A stretch of DNA of 58,837 bases, filler included, from Catajapyx aquilonaris (lineage: Eukaryota), in NCBI GenBank assembly GCA_000934665.2. It is 2 parts of 2 records of this genome, joined end to end, with 100 filler letters (N's around TTAATTAATTAA, not from the genome) between each part and the next. Parts side by side here need not be neighbours in the genome. Positions count along the whole stretch, not along the records: positions 1 to 29,379 come from JYFJ02004808.1; 1 more part is not named here. One strand, written 5' to 3'. This document shows, one piece after another, positions 13,402 to 26,563 of this stretch; position 1 is the stretch's first letter, and each line of letters begins with the position of its first letter. Made by a program: the position numbers and the translations under genes. A model generated the notes under the pieces. It was not told the origin of the DNA. It saw only the letters and a list, made by a program, of their open reading frames with translations, and ran no database searches.

Positions 13402-14526
13402 CTAACTCTCTCCCATCTGCTCTTGCACCCTCTCCAGCTGCGCCAACATCTTGGCGTGCTGCTCCTTCTTTTTTGCTTCCTTGGCTGCTTTTTTTTCTTC
13501 TTTCTCCTTCTTTTCCAGCAGTTCCTTGAAACGTAAGTCCTTCACATCCACCTTGTAGCCAAAATGACGCCTCACTTCCTCCATCAGGCGCTCCTTCTTC
13601 TCCTGCACAAGAAAAGAGTGACTGTATTATATTAGGTCAGGTTCTCGCAGATTCCTGTGAAGTTACAGAACTTCGGGAACAGCAGGTTGGTTGTGGGGGG
13701 CTGGGTTGCAGATTTAATAACTGCCAGATATTTGGAATAGTTCCCATGATACGCAACATTCCATATTCGAATACCACGATTCATAAACCTGGAACCTAGG
13801 TGGCTAGTGATATGAATCTCGGCACTGATGCCACATTTAGCAGTCCAACCTTGCCTAAACCAGGATTCATCCAACCGTACCTGTGCCTTGCGAGCTTCCT
13901 CCTCCTTTTTCCTCTGGCGCATGACGAGGTCTTTCTTCCACTGCTCCAGCTTCGCCATGTTCCTTTCCACTTCCACTGCCCTGTAATGACACTGCGGTCT
14001 AAGTCCCCGATCCCTGTTTTTAGTGGATGTGTAGTACAAACCTCCTTTTGCGATACTCTTCCACCTCCCTCCTTTTGTCCTGAGCAGCCATGACCATCTC
14101 CTGCAGTGTGAATGGGTTTTCCACCCTCTCGTACTCCACCTTCTCCATGAGCTCCTCCCTGGTGGGCCAGTGTATCCCCGGGTTGATCCCAGTGGCCTTG
14201 GCCCCGTACCTGGCCAGCATCCTCTGCCTGTACTTGACCGTGGTGTGGAACCAGGCCTTGGGCTCAGGGTGAGGGACCTCCCCGTTCACCAGTCGACGGT
14301 GGTGCGGATGAAGACGAGACACGTCCCTTTGCTGCTCTATGCGGGCCTCCAGGGCAGCCCTCTCCGCCTGGGCTTCCTCATCCGCGTCGGGCATGGCCAG
14401 CTCCATCGGCAGAGCCTCGTCCGGAATGCCCTTGGACGAGGCGGCCCGCGTGGTGGTGACCCATGGCGAGCTCCAGCCCCGGGCAGCCAGCCCCGGCACC
14501 ACGCTCATACGCCTGAAGGCAGCCAT
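13402..14526 (-). CDS. GADD45GIP1: GADD45GIP1/CRIF1 (mitoribosomal mL64), ~261 aa; exons 14526-14042, 13980-13881, 13602-13402
   Basis: Mitochondrial-presequence-like N-terminus; RYG..TGINPGIHWPTREEL; EEVRRHFGYKVDVKDLRFKELLEKKEKEEKK; splice phases consistent. Confidence 0.9.
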
Positions 14527-14932
14527 TTTAGCAGATAGCGGGTAAGGATCGCCGCTATTCCTGACCGCGATTTAGGAGCAGTGTTGCCAATCCCTGTGGG
14601 TTTTGACGGGAGATTTGGGCAGGAAGCGCAGCATCCTCCAGGAGGATAGTCCAGCGTGGTGCGCGTGCGGGTCCAAGGCCCCCAGTATTGGCGTATTGGC
14701 CACCATCCGGACTCCCAGAAGCCAGTGCTGCTGCCCAAGAGGAGGACCAGCTGATGCAGTCTGCCTGATGGACCTTTATTGACAAGGGATGACTGGGTTT
14801 GGAACCGACTCTTGCGGGCATCACTTCCAGTGCAGTCCAGTCGATGAAGAGGGACGAGGCTGCAGCTGATGAGCAGCACGTAGTACACAACAACAATATT
14901 TGTGAAGGCCAGGTGTGAGGTATGCTGATTTG

Positions 14933-15175
14933 TGCTTACAATGTTGCAAATGTGGCCACAATTTGCAAGTGAAAGGCTTTTCAGGAGGCATGGATTGCCA
15001 TTATTTGATAGTGTGCGGCTTGAGAGCAGGAATATTATGGTGCTTTGATATGTATACAGGTTGTTTACAATGTTGCAAAAGGCACTTGTGGGTTGTTGGC
15101 CACAATTTGCAAGTGAGAGGCTTATCAGGAGGCGTGGATTACAGTTTTAAAGGTGTGTTGGTTTGAGAGCAGGAA
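14933..15175. repeat. Imperfect tandem duplication, ~130-bp unit
   Basis: TTACAATGTTGCAAA...TGGCCACAATTTGCAAGTGARAGGCTT.TCAGGAGGC.TGGATT...TTGAGAGCAGGAA occurs twice. Confidence 0.8.
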
Positions 15176-15579
15176 CCTCGCTTAGAATCCTTTCTGAAGA
15201 GGTGTTGGACATTCCGCAGAAAGGTAAAAGATGATTGACCAGATTTCCTAGTCAAAATGTAAGATCACGCGCTGACCTGCCTTGTGTTATGTTTATAGCA
15301 GGTTTCCTTTCTCTTCTTTGTCGAGAATGGGCTTGCATGCAGCATATTGTAACAATGGGTGCAGTACCTCTGGGAGTGCAGACTTGAACAATATAACTAG
15401 CCTATAATTATATGCAGTATCTACACACTAGCACAATGTACTGGTACCATTAAAAACAAATTCCTTGTTTGAACTCACACGATTTGTGACTTATGTTTCG
15501 TATGTTTTGTTAATTGCAATATTTTTTCAAAGGTAATTTTGAAACTGGGGTGTTAATGTGAATCAGCATAAAACAGGTA

Positions 15580-15764
15580 CGTAAAACTTCTATAAGTCGA
15601 ATCTTCATGGGACCAGAAAAAAACTTCCAGTTAGAGAAGATTCGAACTAGAAAAGTTTATTTCCTATTACTCGTATTTTACATTGTGACCAACCAAGCTC
15701 ATCATTTTCTTCGACTTATAGAGAACTTCGACTTAGGGAAGTTCGACTTATAGAAGTTTTACTG
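15580..15764. mobile_element. pogo/Tigger-like MITE
   Basis: TIRs C(A)GTAAAACTTCTATAAGTCGAA, TA flanks, internal TTCGACTTA subrepeats. Confidence 0.8.
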
Positions 15765-17384
15765 TACTTCCTGAAATTAGAATAGCAGAAGTGTTTCAAC
15801 TACTCCCTCTGCTATTTTTTAAGATGGTGTGGTACATGGTTGTAACAGTAGGCCTACTTATGCAGCATGATGGTACATTTTAAATTTGCTAATTACACTC
15901 TCACTTTCCGACTGACCCTCGTAAAAGAAAAGTAACTGTAGCAGCTTCCTGCAATTCTATAAATCTGCTAATTGGAGGGCTTCCAAGTGACCTCCACAGC
16001 TGGCAGTTGCCCCACTTCACCAGTTTAGTATTGTGCAGACATTTGCAATTTTGCAAGGTACATTTGCAAGTGGTAAAAAAGTATTGCCTAGCAGTTATTT
16101 TTAGAAAGTTACTGTGGTACTCATTTGCAGGAAGGGGCATTGCATAAGGGAACACTGGAGAGGCAGCTGCTGGCATCCATAGGGTCCTTATATTAATTTG
16201 ATCCATCAGGAACTACACTCATCAGTGGGGGTAAGTAATTAATCCTGCTGATGAGTATGGCCCTTGTGTGTAGGGTAAATTGTGGGAGGAGATTCCATGC
16301 TCGCACCATGTGTGTGGCTTTTTTTTTTTGCATGGCCTTCATGATGGCTATTTAGAGTTGTGAGCCTGGGTGGCCTGTTGGGAGCATGCACAATGTACAG
16401 AGAGGAGTCAAGTAGTGTTAATTTTTCATTTAATTTTTCAGGGTCATGTCTGGTGGTAGTAAATGCTGATGTGTGACTGAAGTAGTGCGGGATGTTAATG
16501 GTTTGATATTTTACTAATAATGTAATATTGTATTACGTGTGTGGGCATCTTGTTGGACATTTCCGTAAAAATGAGGAATATTTTAGTACAGATGCATAGT
16601 CACTTATCTGAAGTCCTTGGGAGAGAGATTTTGGAATTCAGATTTTTATTATTATTTAGAATTTATATTACAGTATGTGATATATGCCAAAAAAATTTTG
16701 CCACACTAGACCCGACTCTTGTGTTCATTCCAACTTGATATAACCCACAGCACAGGCCAAAGATAAGGTCAGATCTGGTGTGTGTGTTTTCACAGTTGTT
16801 TATTTTTTTTCTTCAGGATCCCTATCTCTCTCCCTTGCCGCCTCACTTATTTGCTTATGTAACTTAGCTACCACTTGGCAATGTGCCTCCCCAGATTCAA
16901 ATGTTATGCTGCATCGATCATTTTGGAATGATTTATTTGGATATTTCTGGGTGATATTCTGATTTAATCTGATCATGTGCATCAAACCAGATTGTGTAGG
17001 TTTGGCTAAAGTGGTGGATTAAGCCATTTTATTTGGTTGTAGTGCATGGGCTGAACATGTTTTAACAATTTTTTTTTCCACATGGTCATTCCCTTTTAGC
17101 AATATTTACCCCAGAAAAAGTTGGCATGCCATATATCAATTTAAGAGCAGCTCCGCAGGACACCATCACATTGCAATGTCCGGTAGTAAGTATGCGGCGA
17201 AGACTGGAAGACTGAAATGGAGCCGGGCTATTAAATTGATGCATGATATTTTAATGTTTTCTCACCTCACCTTGGGCTTGTGCTGTGGGTTGTATCAAGT
17301 CAGGATGAACACAAGTGTCAGGTGCAGTCTGGCCAAAACCTTTTTGACCTCTTTTAAGGGGACCTTGAGAGGAATTGAAATTTT

Positions 17385-17557
17385 TAGACTGTGGAAGGAA
17401 ACGGGAGAACTTCGAGAAAAGCCATGCAAACCATAGATAACTTTTTGAAACTATTTCCTCTTGAGAAGCTGTCCTCTGTCAGACCTGGGGATCGAATGTG
17501 GAACCTGCTCAGAGGTGGAAGGCTGTGAAGTTAGCCACTACATTACTGTGACACCCC
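17385..17557 (-). mobile_element. Degenerate tRNA-derived SINE
   Basis: Minus strand shows an A-box-like TAGTGGCTAAC, a B-box-like TTCGATCCC, then GGCTTTTCTCGAAGTTCTCCCGTTTCCTTCCACAGTC, resembling conserved SINE central domains. Confidence 0.6.
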
Positions 17558-17672
17558 ACAAGTTTAAAAGGCATTGTGAGTTTGGTGGGATATTCCCTGA
17601 GCTGTTATGTTTGATTCGTTGTGGCAATCACTCCTTATGGGATTAAGAAGTTATTTTTAAAAGAGGGATTAA

Positions 17673-17800
17673 CCACTTGCACAATCAGGATGTTTGTGTA
17701 ATCCCATTAAGTCATAATGCCTATAATGCTGCATTATGGAAATGATTATCTGTAATTATGGGTGAATACAATCAAGTGCAACCTTGACAGCTTGGAGTGG
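17673..17800. mobile_element. Possible decayed TTAA-targeting (piggyBac-like) MITE
   Basis: TTAA|CCACT...AGTGG|TTAA with weak further internal symmetry. Confidence 0.35.
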
Positions 17801-17980
17801 TTAAATCCTCAAGAAAAAGTGAAAAAATAGAGGTGTCTTGGTTTTTAAAAATAGACCTCATATTATATGATAAAATGTACTGCACATGGTAAGCCTATTA
17901 CTTGCAAAATGGTACTCACATGTTTATATTGAGCCTAGCAACAGTTTGTATAATTTATATCTTCTTTTCTATAGGAAAGC

Positions 17981-20900
17981 ATGTGGAATAGAGTACATGT
18001 AGGCGTAGGTAGAAGATGGGTCCTAGTGGCAGTCTGCATCATAGCCCTGGTTTTGATGGTGTTTTCCGTTCTTGTGGGTCGAGTTCCTAACGTACCGTGG
18101 ATTTCCAAGTTCATGCCTCTCAGGCCAATTGATGCCCTGAGAATCAAGCCTTTAACTGGCTACGAGGGACATGCTGCTGCATACAACGATGAAGAAAATG
18201 AGGTGCGCCTTGTTGTAATGGATGCCGGTATCATTTTGCTGGGTAGCATGGCCCATTTTGCTGACTGTAAACTTTTACAATCTCTGCGGTGTTATCTGCA
18301 GCTGTTTCTTTGTTGTGATGCTGGCAGGTGCATGATTGTGCCAGTAGCAATTGTAAATTCTACACCTGTAATATGTTTTTTGAATACCCATTCTGGGCGT
18401 CATGTAAAGATGAATGTAATCCTGCCACATTGAAATTTTCAATTGGAATCCAAATATTATGATCCTTTTTCAAACAGTCAGAAATGAATGAAAGTATTCC
18501 TCCTGTTATGAATTATACTTTAAGGTGTGTTTACATGTGAGCAATTTGGCGAGAGAGGTATTCGCCTAGTGATAACATCGCTGAGTAACCCGAGTAACCA
18601 ATATTGTTTGAGGTGAACGTAACAATAGATTTTCGCCTCAAGCAATACTGGTTACTCGGGTTACTCAGCAATGTTATTGGTCTTCGCTTTTCAAATCACT
18701 CACATGTAAAAGCACCTTTATACAGCTGCAATTTCTCCAGCTCAGTTGCGCAATAAGGAATATTTACTGGAGAGAGTAGCTTGTAATTTTTGGGCAGGAT
18801 TGTATCAAAACTTTACAGACATTGACACAATCCGTCCTAGCATAAAAATCACCTAATTACTTTTAATATACCCTAATTAGTAACAAGTTCTTGTAACAAG
18901 CCTGAATCTCTTGATCCCTTGTCACATATGGATTTATTTTGTGAGTTGAATTAGCTTGAGAACTTTATGCTTAGGAAAAAAGGAGTCCATTACTTGCCCA
19001 CACTATTAAATCATGTTGTTATGATGTGTACAAAACTATAGAAGCGGCACTTGCAATGTTGCATATTTTTTCTCATGACTCTGCCTTTATTGTTGCTTTT
19101 CTTAAGTAACTCTGTCTGTAGCTGGGATTTTGAGGTAGGATGTGGAGAAGGGAGAAGTACAAGGTCATGCATCTTCCATGTAGTTTTAAAATTTTGCTAC
19201 AACAATGCAATACCAATATTTGCAGGTTTTTTGGGCTGCTGCAGATCATATTATTGAAAATTCATTTGTACAAAATATGTTCCTGCATTGTGTTTGATCT
19301 GTTATCTGCCTGAGTGAAGGACTCTTTCTACAGTGTTCATAGACACTGTTACTTCCTTCATACTTTAGAAAGGGCACATTCCCAACTCTTGTGGGACAGA
19401 GAAATAAGCCTCTTGTACAGTGTTAACTCTTGCGTAGGGCCATCCAGACAACTTCTGTTTTGCTGGTGAACTTGCAACGAGCATATCACACCTGCCCAAA
19501 AACCTGGACATATGGAAGACTGGTCTTGATAGTGACTGCATGAGGCTCCTTGCCACATTTGAATGTATATTTGATGTGACTGTACGTGTTGGAGAAATAG
19601 TTCTGCCTGAACCATTAGTGCCTTTAGTGAAGTTGTGGCTTGGAAATGATTCAAGGCTTTTCAGAGAAGTGTTAAAACAGGTCAGTGCCCTTATTTCAGT
19701 TGCTTGCTTTTTATTTTATTTTGTTGATGTATTACTTTTGTTTATTATATGCAGCATGTCATTCACGTGTACAACAAGTTTACAAAAGAGCACACTATAT
19801 ACAACCCGTTGCGTTCAAAGAGACCTAGAGATACTCCAGATGAAGATCCTTTGGAATATGTTAACATGTTGGTTGAAAAAACCAAACAAAGCTGTGACTT
19901 TTGTAACTATGAAAATAGAACTGCAGCTGCATCCTTTGGAAGGTGATTAATAATTTGTTCTCTGCATTTATTTGAATAAGGTGAATAGAATTAACTCCTG
20001 CTATTCTGCATAGAATATGAGATGCAGGTACGCTTCCAATGTTAGCATTTTGTCATGAAATCTCGTTGCAAGAACCAGTGCCTGATTGACAATAGTTAAT
20101 TTTATTCATTTGCAGGATTAAAGGAAAATATTCAGTGACTGCTGCAAATGTCTTCAGCATGGATGGATGGAACGGGCTGTTCTTACCAAAGACCCACAAC
20201 CCGCTGAATATATCTGAGGATGAATTACTGGACACATTTGAAACTGCCAAGAAATGGTTTGCCAAGGTGCATGAGATTGACAGATCTCTAATTTACCCTT
20301 CAATGTTTTGGGACATTCTACCTCGTGGTGGAGCCAGTCAGGTGCATCCTCACATCCAGGGATTTTTGGATGAGACACGCTACTTTGGTGGACTAGAGAT
20401 GATGCGATTGGCAGCTGAGGCCTATACTGTGGAGACCGAGGGGTTGTACTGGGATGACTTTGTGGCTGTCCATCACATATTGGGATTGACTTGTACATTT
20501 GGTGGAGCTGTAGCGGTTGTGCCACTGGTGAGGGCATGTTATGATTATCATGAGGCTGATATTTTTGACGTGAATACGTCTTTAAAATCGGGTCCGTATA
20601 GAGGGGGGCATGGAGGCAAACTCGAGCGTATTTTTTAGTGGTCTATAATTTTTTGCGGCGTTTTAAAGAGGAATTAAGTAAAAGTGTAAATGGTAGGAAA
20701 TCAATTCACGATGGTGGGGATCTGTGTTCAAAATTTGGAAGCTCTACCTACAGCAGAACTTGAGTTAGGGCGAATAAAAAAAAACGTAACAAGTACAAGA
20801 ACAACAAGTAGGAAAAATTCATTGTTGAAATCTATGCTACGGTCTTACTTAAGGGCTACCGCCCTTAAAATAACAACTTCGTACCAAAATTAATCATTTT

Positions 20901-22173
20901 AATTCGTGGTGGTCCTTTTGATTGTAAATTGCCGGGAAAATATTAATTTACAGGTGTCCCAGAAATAAACTTGTTAGAATAGTCCAGCTCTCAAAAAGTC
21001 GATAGGCGTAACAAGTTTACTCAGTCACTCAACGTTGTTCTTATGGTTACATAATATTACCACAACACTGTACTACTATGATAAACTCTCAAGGGCCCAG
21101 AATTTGCGGGACACCCTGTAGGCTACTGAGGGAACGTGTTTACATAAATGATCACGTGGGAGCAACGTGACCTTGGGATATACAACTCAACTTGGTGGGA
21201 ACAGGGGGGAATTTGGGGTTGCTATGGTAGTTGAGTCACCATCCAAGTGATGGCAGGAGCATATTTACCCATGTTTGGAATCGCAAAGTTCGCCTTCTCA
21301 ATGCACATCCTCGCGCACCAAATTCAAAAACCCTCAAGACATAATAATAATAATGATGTACTTAGCCGTCAAAGGGTTAATATAATGGGGGGGGGGGGAG
21401 AGTATGATACGGATAATTNGTATGATACGGATAATTGTTGGATGAGCAGCATTAACAACACGGCCTACACTGCAGGCTGCAGGCCTAGAAAAAAGCGAGA
21501 GAAGTGAGGGTTTTTCTAGTAGTGGTCTAATGTGCTGTAAACTTGTATTTTATTTTCAGAATGCCAGAAAGGATCATGAAGTAATCCTCCTGAGTTCTGA
21601 ACCCTCCAATGACTTGTTCAGATTGCTACACTATGTTAGGAAGGCATACCAGGACATTTTAAAGAAATACTGCTACAGCACCGGAATAGCATTTCCAGCA
21701 ATGGAAGGGAACAATGACATGAATATGAAGCAATCTTTACCTGCTGTGATTAGAATGGGAACCAGAGGCGACTGCAACAGCATGCTGAATGATGTTAGTT
21801 CACTGGATTTATATCTGGTTAGTACACTATTCATTTGGATAATTAGAGGGAAAGCAGCATAAACAAAGTCAGTTTTGAATACAAGGCCCACCAGTTCAAT
21901 TTATACTTCTCTCAGGAACTTTGATCTGCTTGATTATGTGGACACAATACCATCCAACAAACTCTATCCCTTTCCATTTTTATGGCGACATCTTGGCTAT
22001 GTGTAATTTATTCTTATGCAAATCTGACTTTGGTTACAAGCTGTACATTTTTCTTCCAATTTATAGAGGCTGCATATATGACTGTTTGTGTGTTTCAGGC
22101 AAGTAATGTTAACACGGATCCATATGTGACTATAGCTGCTGTGAGGGAAGCAGTGAAAGAATTTGGACGGTAG
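17981..22173 (+). CDS. Uncharacterised type II membrane protein with a GalT/HIT-superfamily (HxHxQ) domain, ~465 aa; exons 17981-18202, 19438-19680, 19755-19942, 20116-20527, 21560-21817, 22099-22173
   Basis: N-terminal TM segment WVLVAVCIIALVLMVFSVLV; NPLRSKRP, CDFC and GGASQVHPHIQ motifs; six exons join in frame with GT-AG introns. Confidence 0.85.
18523..18717. mobile_element. PIF/Harbinger-like MITE
   Basis: TIRs AGGTG..TTTACATGTGAG, TTA duplicated on both sides, long internal inverted repeat (CTGAGTAACCCGAGTAACCA / TGGTTACTCGGGTTACTCAG). Confidence 0.8.
20584..20630 (+). repeat. Dispersed repeat motif also present three times at 50599-50860
   Basis: TCGG.TCCGTATAG.GGGGGCATGGAGGCAAACTCGAGC shared with the nAChR last intron. 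Confidence 0.75.
20951..21118. mobile_element. mariner-like MITE
   Basis: TA|CAGG(G)TGTCCC...GGGACACCCTG|TA. Confidence 0.7.
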
Positions 22174-23036
22174 CAGGTGCTGCTGTAAACTCCAATGCAG
22201 CCTTTTACATAAACACAATAATTTATTTCTGGGGAAGGGGAGGGGTGGGGGTGGAGGGCACCGGTATGAAGATGATAAATCTTTGTGATTGGATTAGCAG
22301 ATACGTTGCTACTCAGCCATGACACATCTGATGACTTTTTGTGACGTGATTCCTCATTGTAACAGCTGTGTTATTTAGGTGCATTTAGATTTCTTGTCCA
22401 AAGAGCTATCCTAGCAAGTTCAAGAACTAGTCATAGATGCATGTGATGGCATATGGCAGTATTTCTTCAGAAGTTTTTTTGTTGTAAGCTTTCTGGTTTT
22501 TCAGGTACAAACTTTTGTGCCAAATGTGTAAATTGCCAAACTTTGAGTCAGGAAGGCATGAACATATGTGCACATTCTGTCCATACCATCAGTTAAAAAT
22601 ATTTGGGAAGCATAATATTGATTTGCCCGACTATCAATACATCCCATTATTACAGGGTAGACAGGCTGGCTGCTTTACAACAGCATTGCAAAACTAGCTC
22701 ATTTTCTCCACTTTTACACGTGACCTGCCATGACCAATGTATTGCCATCCAGAGCTCTTGCTGAACTCTACCACTTCAGTACAAAAAATGCCAACCAATC
22801 CATATATGGGCATTTCAAAATGGGGCAGAGTAATGATCATTTACTTAATGCTACATATGTGTAATTTTAATTACTGACATTATGTGAGACTTACGCCTTG
22901 GCTGCTGAGTACCTGCTATAAATTAATTCTGTGAGCCATTTCCTCTCGTGCCATTTCATTCCATGTTTCAGAGCAGAGGTTCCCAATATTGATGGTCACA
23001 ATGTGAATCTGGAATGCGGAAGTCTTGCTTGATAAT

Positions 23037-23390
23037 CGGGCCGTCCAGACGGGCCAACCTTAGCCGCGGCTGGCCGCGGCCCTGGCGTCGGCCCCGGCTT
23101 GCGGAGCCACGGCTGGCCACGGTACCCGTTCAGACGGGCACATATTTTAATAACAGCCACCCGCATTTGTAATAGTGGCCGGTAGTCATGGCAGCGACGA
23201 AAAACAAGTGACGCGCAGTATCCGTCGCCGAGGCCAAGCCGTGGCCAAGCAGCGAGCCAACTTCCAGGAAGTCGGCCAACTTGGCCAACTTCTGAGCCGT
23301 GGCCTGGCCGTGCCCGTTGCCGTGTGAACCGTCGCGGCCTCGACCAGCCGCGGCTGGCGGCGGCTAAGGTTGGCCCGTCTGGACGGCCCC
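23037..23390. mobile_element. GC-rich PIF/Harbinger-like MITE, 354 bp
   Basis: TIRs GGGCCGTCCAGACGGGCCAACCTTAGCCGC; 3-bp AAT duplication on both flanks. Confidence 0.85.
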
Positions 23391-24522
23391 AATGACTTCA
23401 ATTTTTGATGAGCATAATCGCTTCCTCATGTGTGGGGAAGTGGCCTTTTATGCTTGTACTCCTGCTTGTGTCTGGGAACTGGCATGTGCTTGATGGGCTG
23501 ATGGCAATTAGGAAGGGGATAATCTCACCAGGGGGGCATGCAGTAAGTCCATAAACCAGTTTTGAGTTAATAGAAGGCAAATATTTGTCCTTGCACTTGC
23601 ATACATGCTAGCAAAGACATAAAATCCCAGCTTGCTGGCTCATTATGAATTTTGAGTACTAAATGGACTTCACCAGGCAATAAAGCTGGAACAGTGTTAC
23701 TTATTAGTGGTGTAAATAACGTAAAACTGTCAAAAATGGATTTATTTTGCATGCTAACAATATATTCCAATAACACACATCCAAAAATATGAACAGAAGA
23801 CATAAATTATGTTCCCTAGTCACAACCATAGGTTGCTTTCTGTCTGCAAAATGTCAGTTTCGAAACAACTACTTGCAGGTGTGAGAACAGATGAAAAGGC
23901 CACTTCATGCATATACTGTAGAAGAAGAGGTCATAATTCTCTTTAGAAGGTTCAAGCTAGCACCATAATGTGTCGTATGGCTTTGCTGCAAAGATTCTTT
24001 TGCAGACTCGGTTATCAACATTTTTGGAACCTAACCAAACAAGATTGGGAACCACTGGATTAGAGGACTGTGTACATCGTTGTTGCTGGAAATGTAATCA
24101 ATGTGCTATTTGTGCTGTGATTATTATTATGTGCTTTAACCATGAAAAGGATTATGCCAATTTGTAAGAGGTATTTTTTGTTATTACTGAGAAATGATTT
24201 ATTATTCAATGACATGTTTTGTTAAACTTTTGGTCAGTTTAAGTGTTAAGTCACCAATAATTAAGTTAGGAGCATGTTGGATATCTACAAGGAAGGACAA
24301 ATACTGTTTCGGTATGGGATGCGCGTAAAAACAGTGAAATCTCGTTTTGTGGTTGTTATCAGGACCTCTGAAAAAAAATGACTATGGGACAATGATTTTC
24401 CAGGATCATTGTAATTGAATATAGGTTTATTGAATCTGGTGTAGTTTAATCTCATCACATCTTATGTTTTGTGGTTTTGAATTAAGGAGAATAAAAATGT
24501 CCACTTTGTTACGTGAAGTGGA

Positions 24523-24797
24523 TAGATGTCTAAACAAGGCGTCCCAGGGTCAGTTTTTTTTTGTCCCGAACCTCATCTCCATTCTTGGTCCTTTGGATTG
24601 ACCAATCAGTGCATATTGAAGGTTGCACACATCCCCAAAAAATTTATGTGGAGTTCTTGAGTTTGAGGAGTGTGCCAGAGTTTTGGCAGAAGTGTACAGG
24701 GAGTTGCTGAAGTGTGAAACCTTTCAATGTGCACTGATTGGTCGATCCGAAGAACCTGAAATGTGGATGGTATGAGGGCTACTGTTTAGACTTTTAG
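24523..24797. mobile_element. Decayed palindromic element (MITE-like)
   Basis: Terminal GTCTAAACA/TGTTTAGAC plus internal inverted repeat GACCAATCAGTGCA.ATTGAA.GGTT / AACCTTTCAATGTGCACTGATTGGTC. Confidence 0.55.
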
Positions 24798-25433
24798 AGC
24801 ATCCTTAATGAGGTTCACTTGATTATATGATACAACTTGAAATCTCAAATTAGTTCACCTTCTCCCATCACTTCTTTTTGACTGCAAACCTTTGTGAGTT
24901 TTGTGACAAAGATGCTCAAGCAAACTGTTAGTACCCGAGAAAAATGTGTATAATGTACCGGTACTAGTATTTTAATTCCACTAAGAATGCTGATCTAGTC
25001 CTGGTCACTGAGGGAAGCTTTATTTACTGTGCAATAAAAACTGGCATGTGGTGAAAACGAGCCAATTGAGAAGGTGTGCTTATTTTTTGACTTCATTTGC
25101 AGGAGTAGTGGTCTGTTGGCTCAGACGCATCTTGATTTTCTGGACGAGCAATGGTTCAACAAATGAAAATTAGTTCAATAGCATGTACCGTACTTGATAA
25201 TATAAGGTGGGAGAGACAGAAATACGGACAACATATCGATGCAAAATAGGGAGATGCTCAACTTACTAATTAATTAGTCCATCAAATGTCTCAACAACAT
25301 GAACATTTAGGACTTGAATTTGCATTGCACTGTACTCGAGGAGGCCTTGAAGCGTGTTAAACTCCAGATGCATCGGACTAGTCAAATCTAGGCATTTTAC
25401 TGAAGATAAGTGGTCTCTGAGACATATCAGTTC

Positions 25434-25652
25434 AGACTGCATTCCTCAGAAATCGAAGCCGCGCTTACCTCACCACTTCTTATTCCGCCTCGCTTCGTGT
25501 CCAAACAATCCAACCAGACGGCCCTACCCAACCAACCATTGTTGCTGCCCAGGCCGCAACAATCACGCAAGAGATCCAGGACTACACAACACTTGGCAGG
25601 AGGAGTGGACTTTGATTTGTCTCCAGGTATTTTCCACTGGAAAAAATCGTTG
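25434..25652 (+). repeat. Probable non-coding first exon of the BTB gene, duplicated at 29096-29312
   Basis: Shared GTCCAAACAATCCAACCAGAC...CAGGCCGCAACAATCA...TTGTCTCCAG|GTATTTT in both copies; acceptor TTTCAG at 25939 precedes ATG 25947. Confidence 0.7.
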
Positions 25653-25946
25653 GTAAAGATCAGCGGATTTTTTGCAGGAAGTTTTTCAATTTCAAGCTAC
25701 TCTTTGGGTGCATTAAAATTACTGTAACATATGGCCATATTATTTATATCGATTCAGAATTTTAAGCAAGGGAGATACAGTAACTGCTGAAAATGGGTTT
25801 GACAAAAAAAAAAAAAAACAGTGTTTAAAAATGCCGACTTCCGCAAAGAGTCAAAATGTCTTGGTTTTTTTTTCCAACATTAAAATTATGTGTCAGCAGC
25901 CCAATATTATTGCAGAGGTATTGTTTTGTGTCATTTCAGCAGCACC

Positions 25947-26563
25947 ATGGCCACAACAACTGGGCATATCCTCATTGGACCCGCGAAGGATGGCTCTTTC
26001 GGCTTCTCCATACAGTGGAAAATCGACAATTTCGGAGGGAAAAATAATAGGAGGATGCATTCAACCAGCATCTGCCTCCTACGTCCGCACTTCCTGACGA
26101 CATGAAAACGATGTATGCGTTGGGAGGTGACCCCGACGTCATTCTGATGGGAAACGATGACGTTGAAGTGGCTTCCCATCGTCGCATACTGTCCCTCAAG
26201 AGCCCTGTCTTTGCAGCCATGTTCGAGCGAGACATGCTGGAGAAGAAGACTGGAAAGGTGACCATGCCCGACATGAGCTCTGAATTGATCAGGGAGATGC
26301 TCCATCATGTGTACACCGGGAAAGAGCCCAGACAACTAGGCCAGATGGCATCGTCTCTTCTGGAGGTGGCAGAAAGGTATATCCTGCAGGACCTGAAGGA
26401 AATGTGCGAGGTGCACTTAGCTCGACAGCTGGACATGAACAACTTTCGTACCACACTGGACCAGGCCACCACTTTCAATTGTTCCTATCTGAAGAGAAGG
26501 TGCATGGAGTGGGACTTGGATCACAATAAGGATGCCGTCGAAACAGACATCGACTCGGACTAG
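25947..26563 (+). CDS. SPOP/TDPOZ-like BTB protein (intact BTB ORF 26102-26563) preceded by an out-of-frame MATH remnant; possibly a pseudogene
   Basis: DVIL...SHRRILSLKSPVFAAMFERDMLEKKTGKVTMPD...MLHHVYTG...LLEVAERY.LQDLKEMCE. The upstream ORF from 25947 has IQWKIDNF (MATH start) and stops at 26105. Confidence 0.75.
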
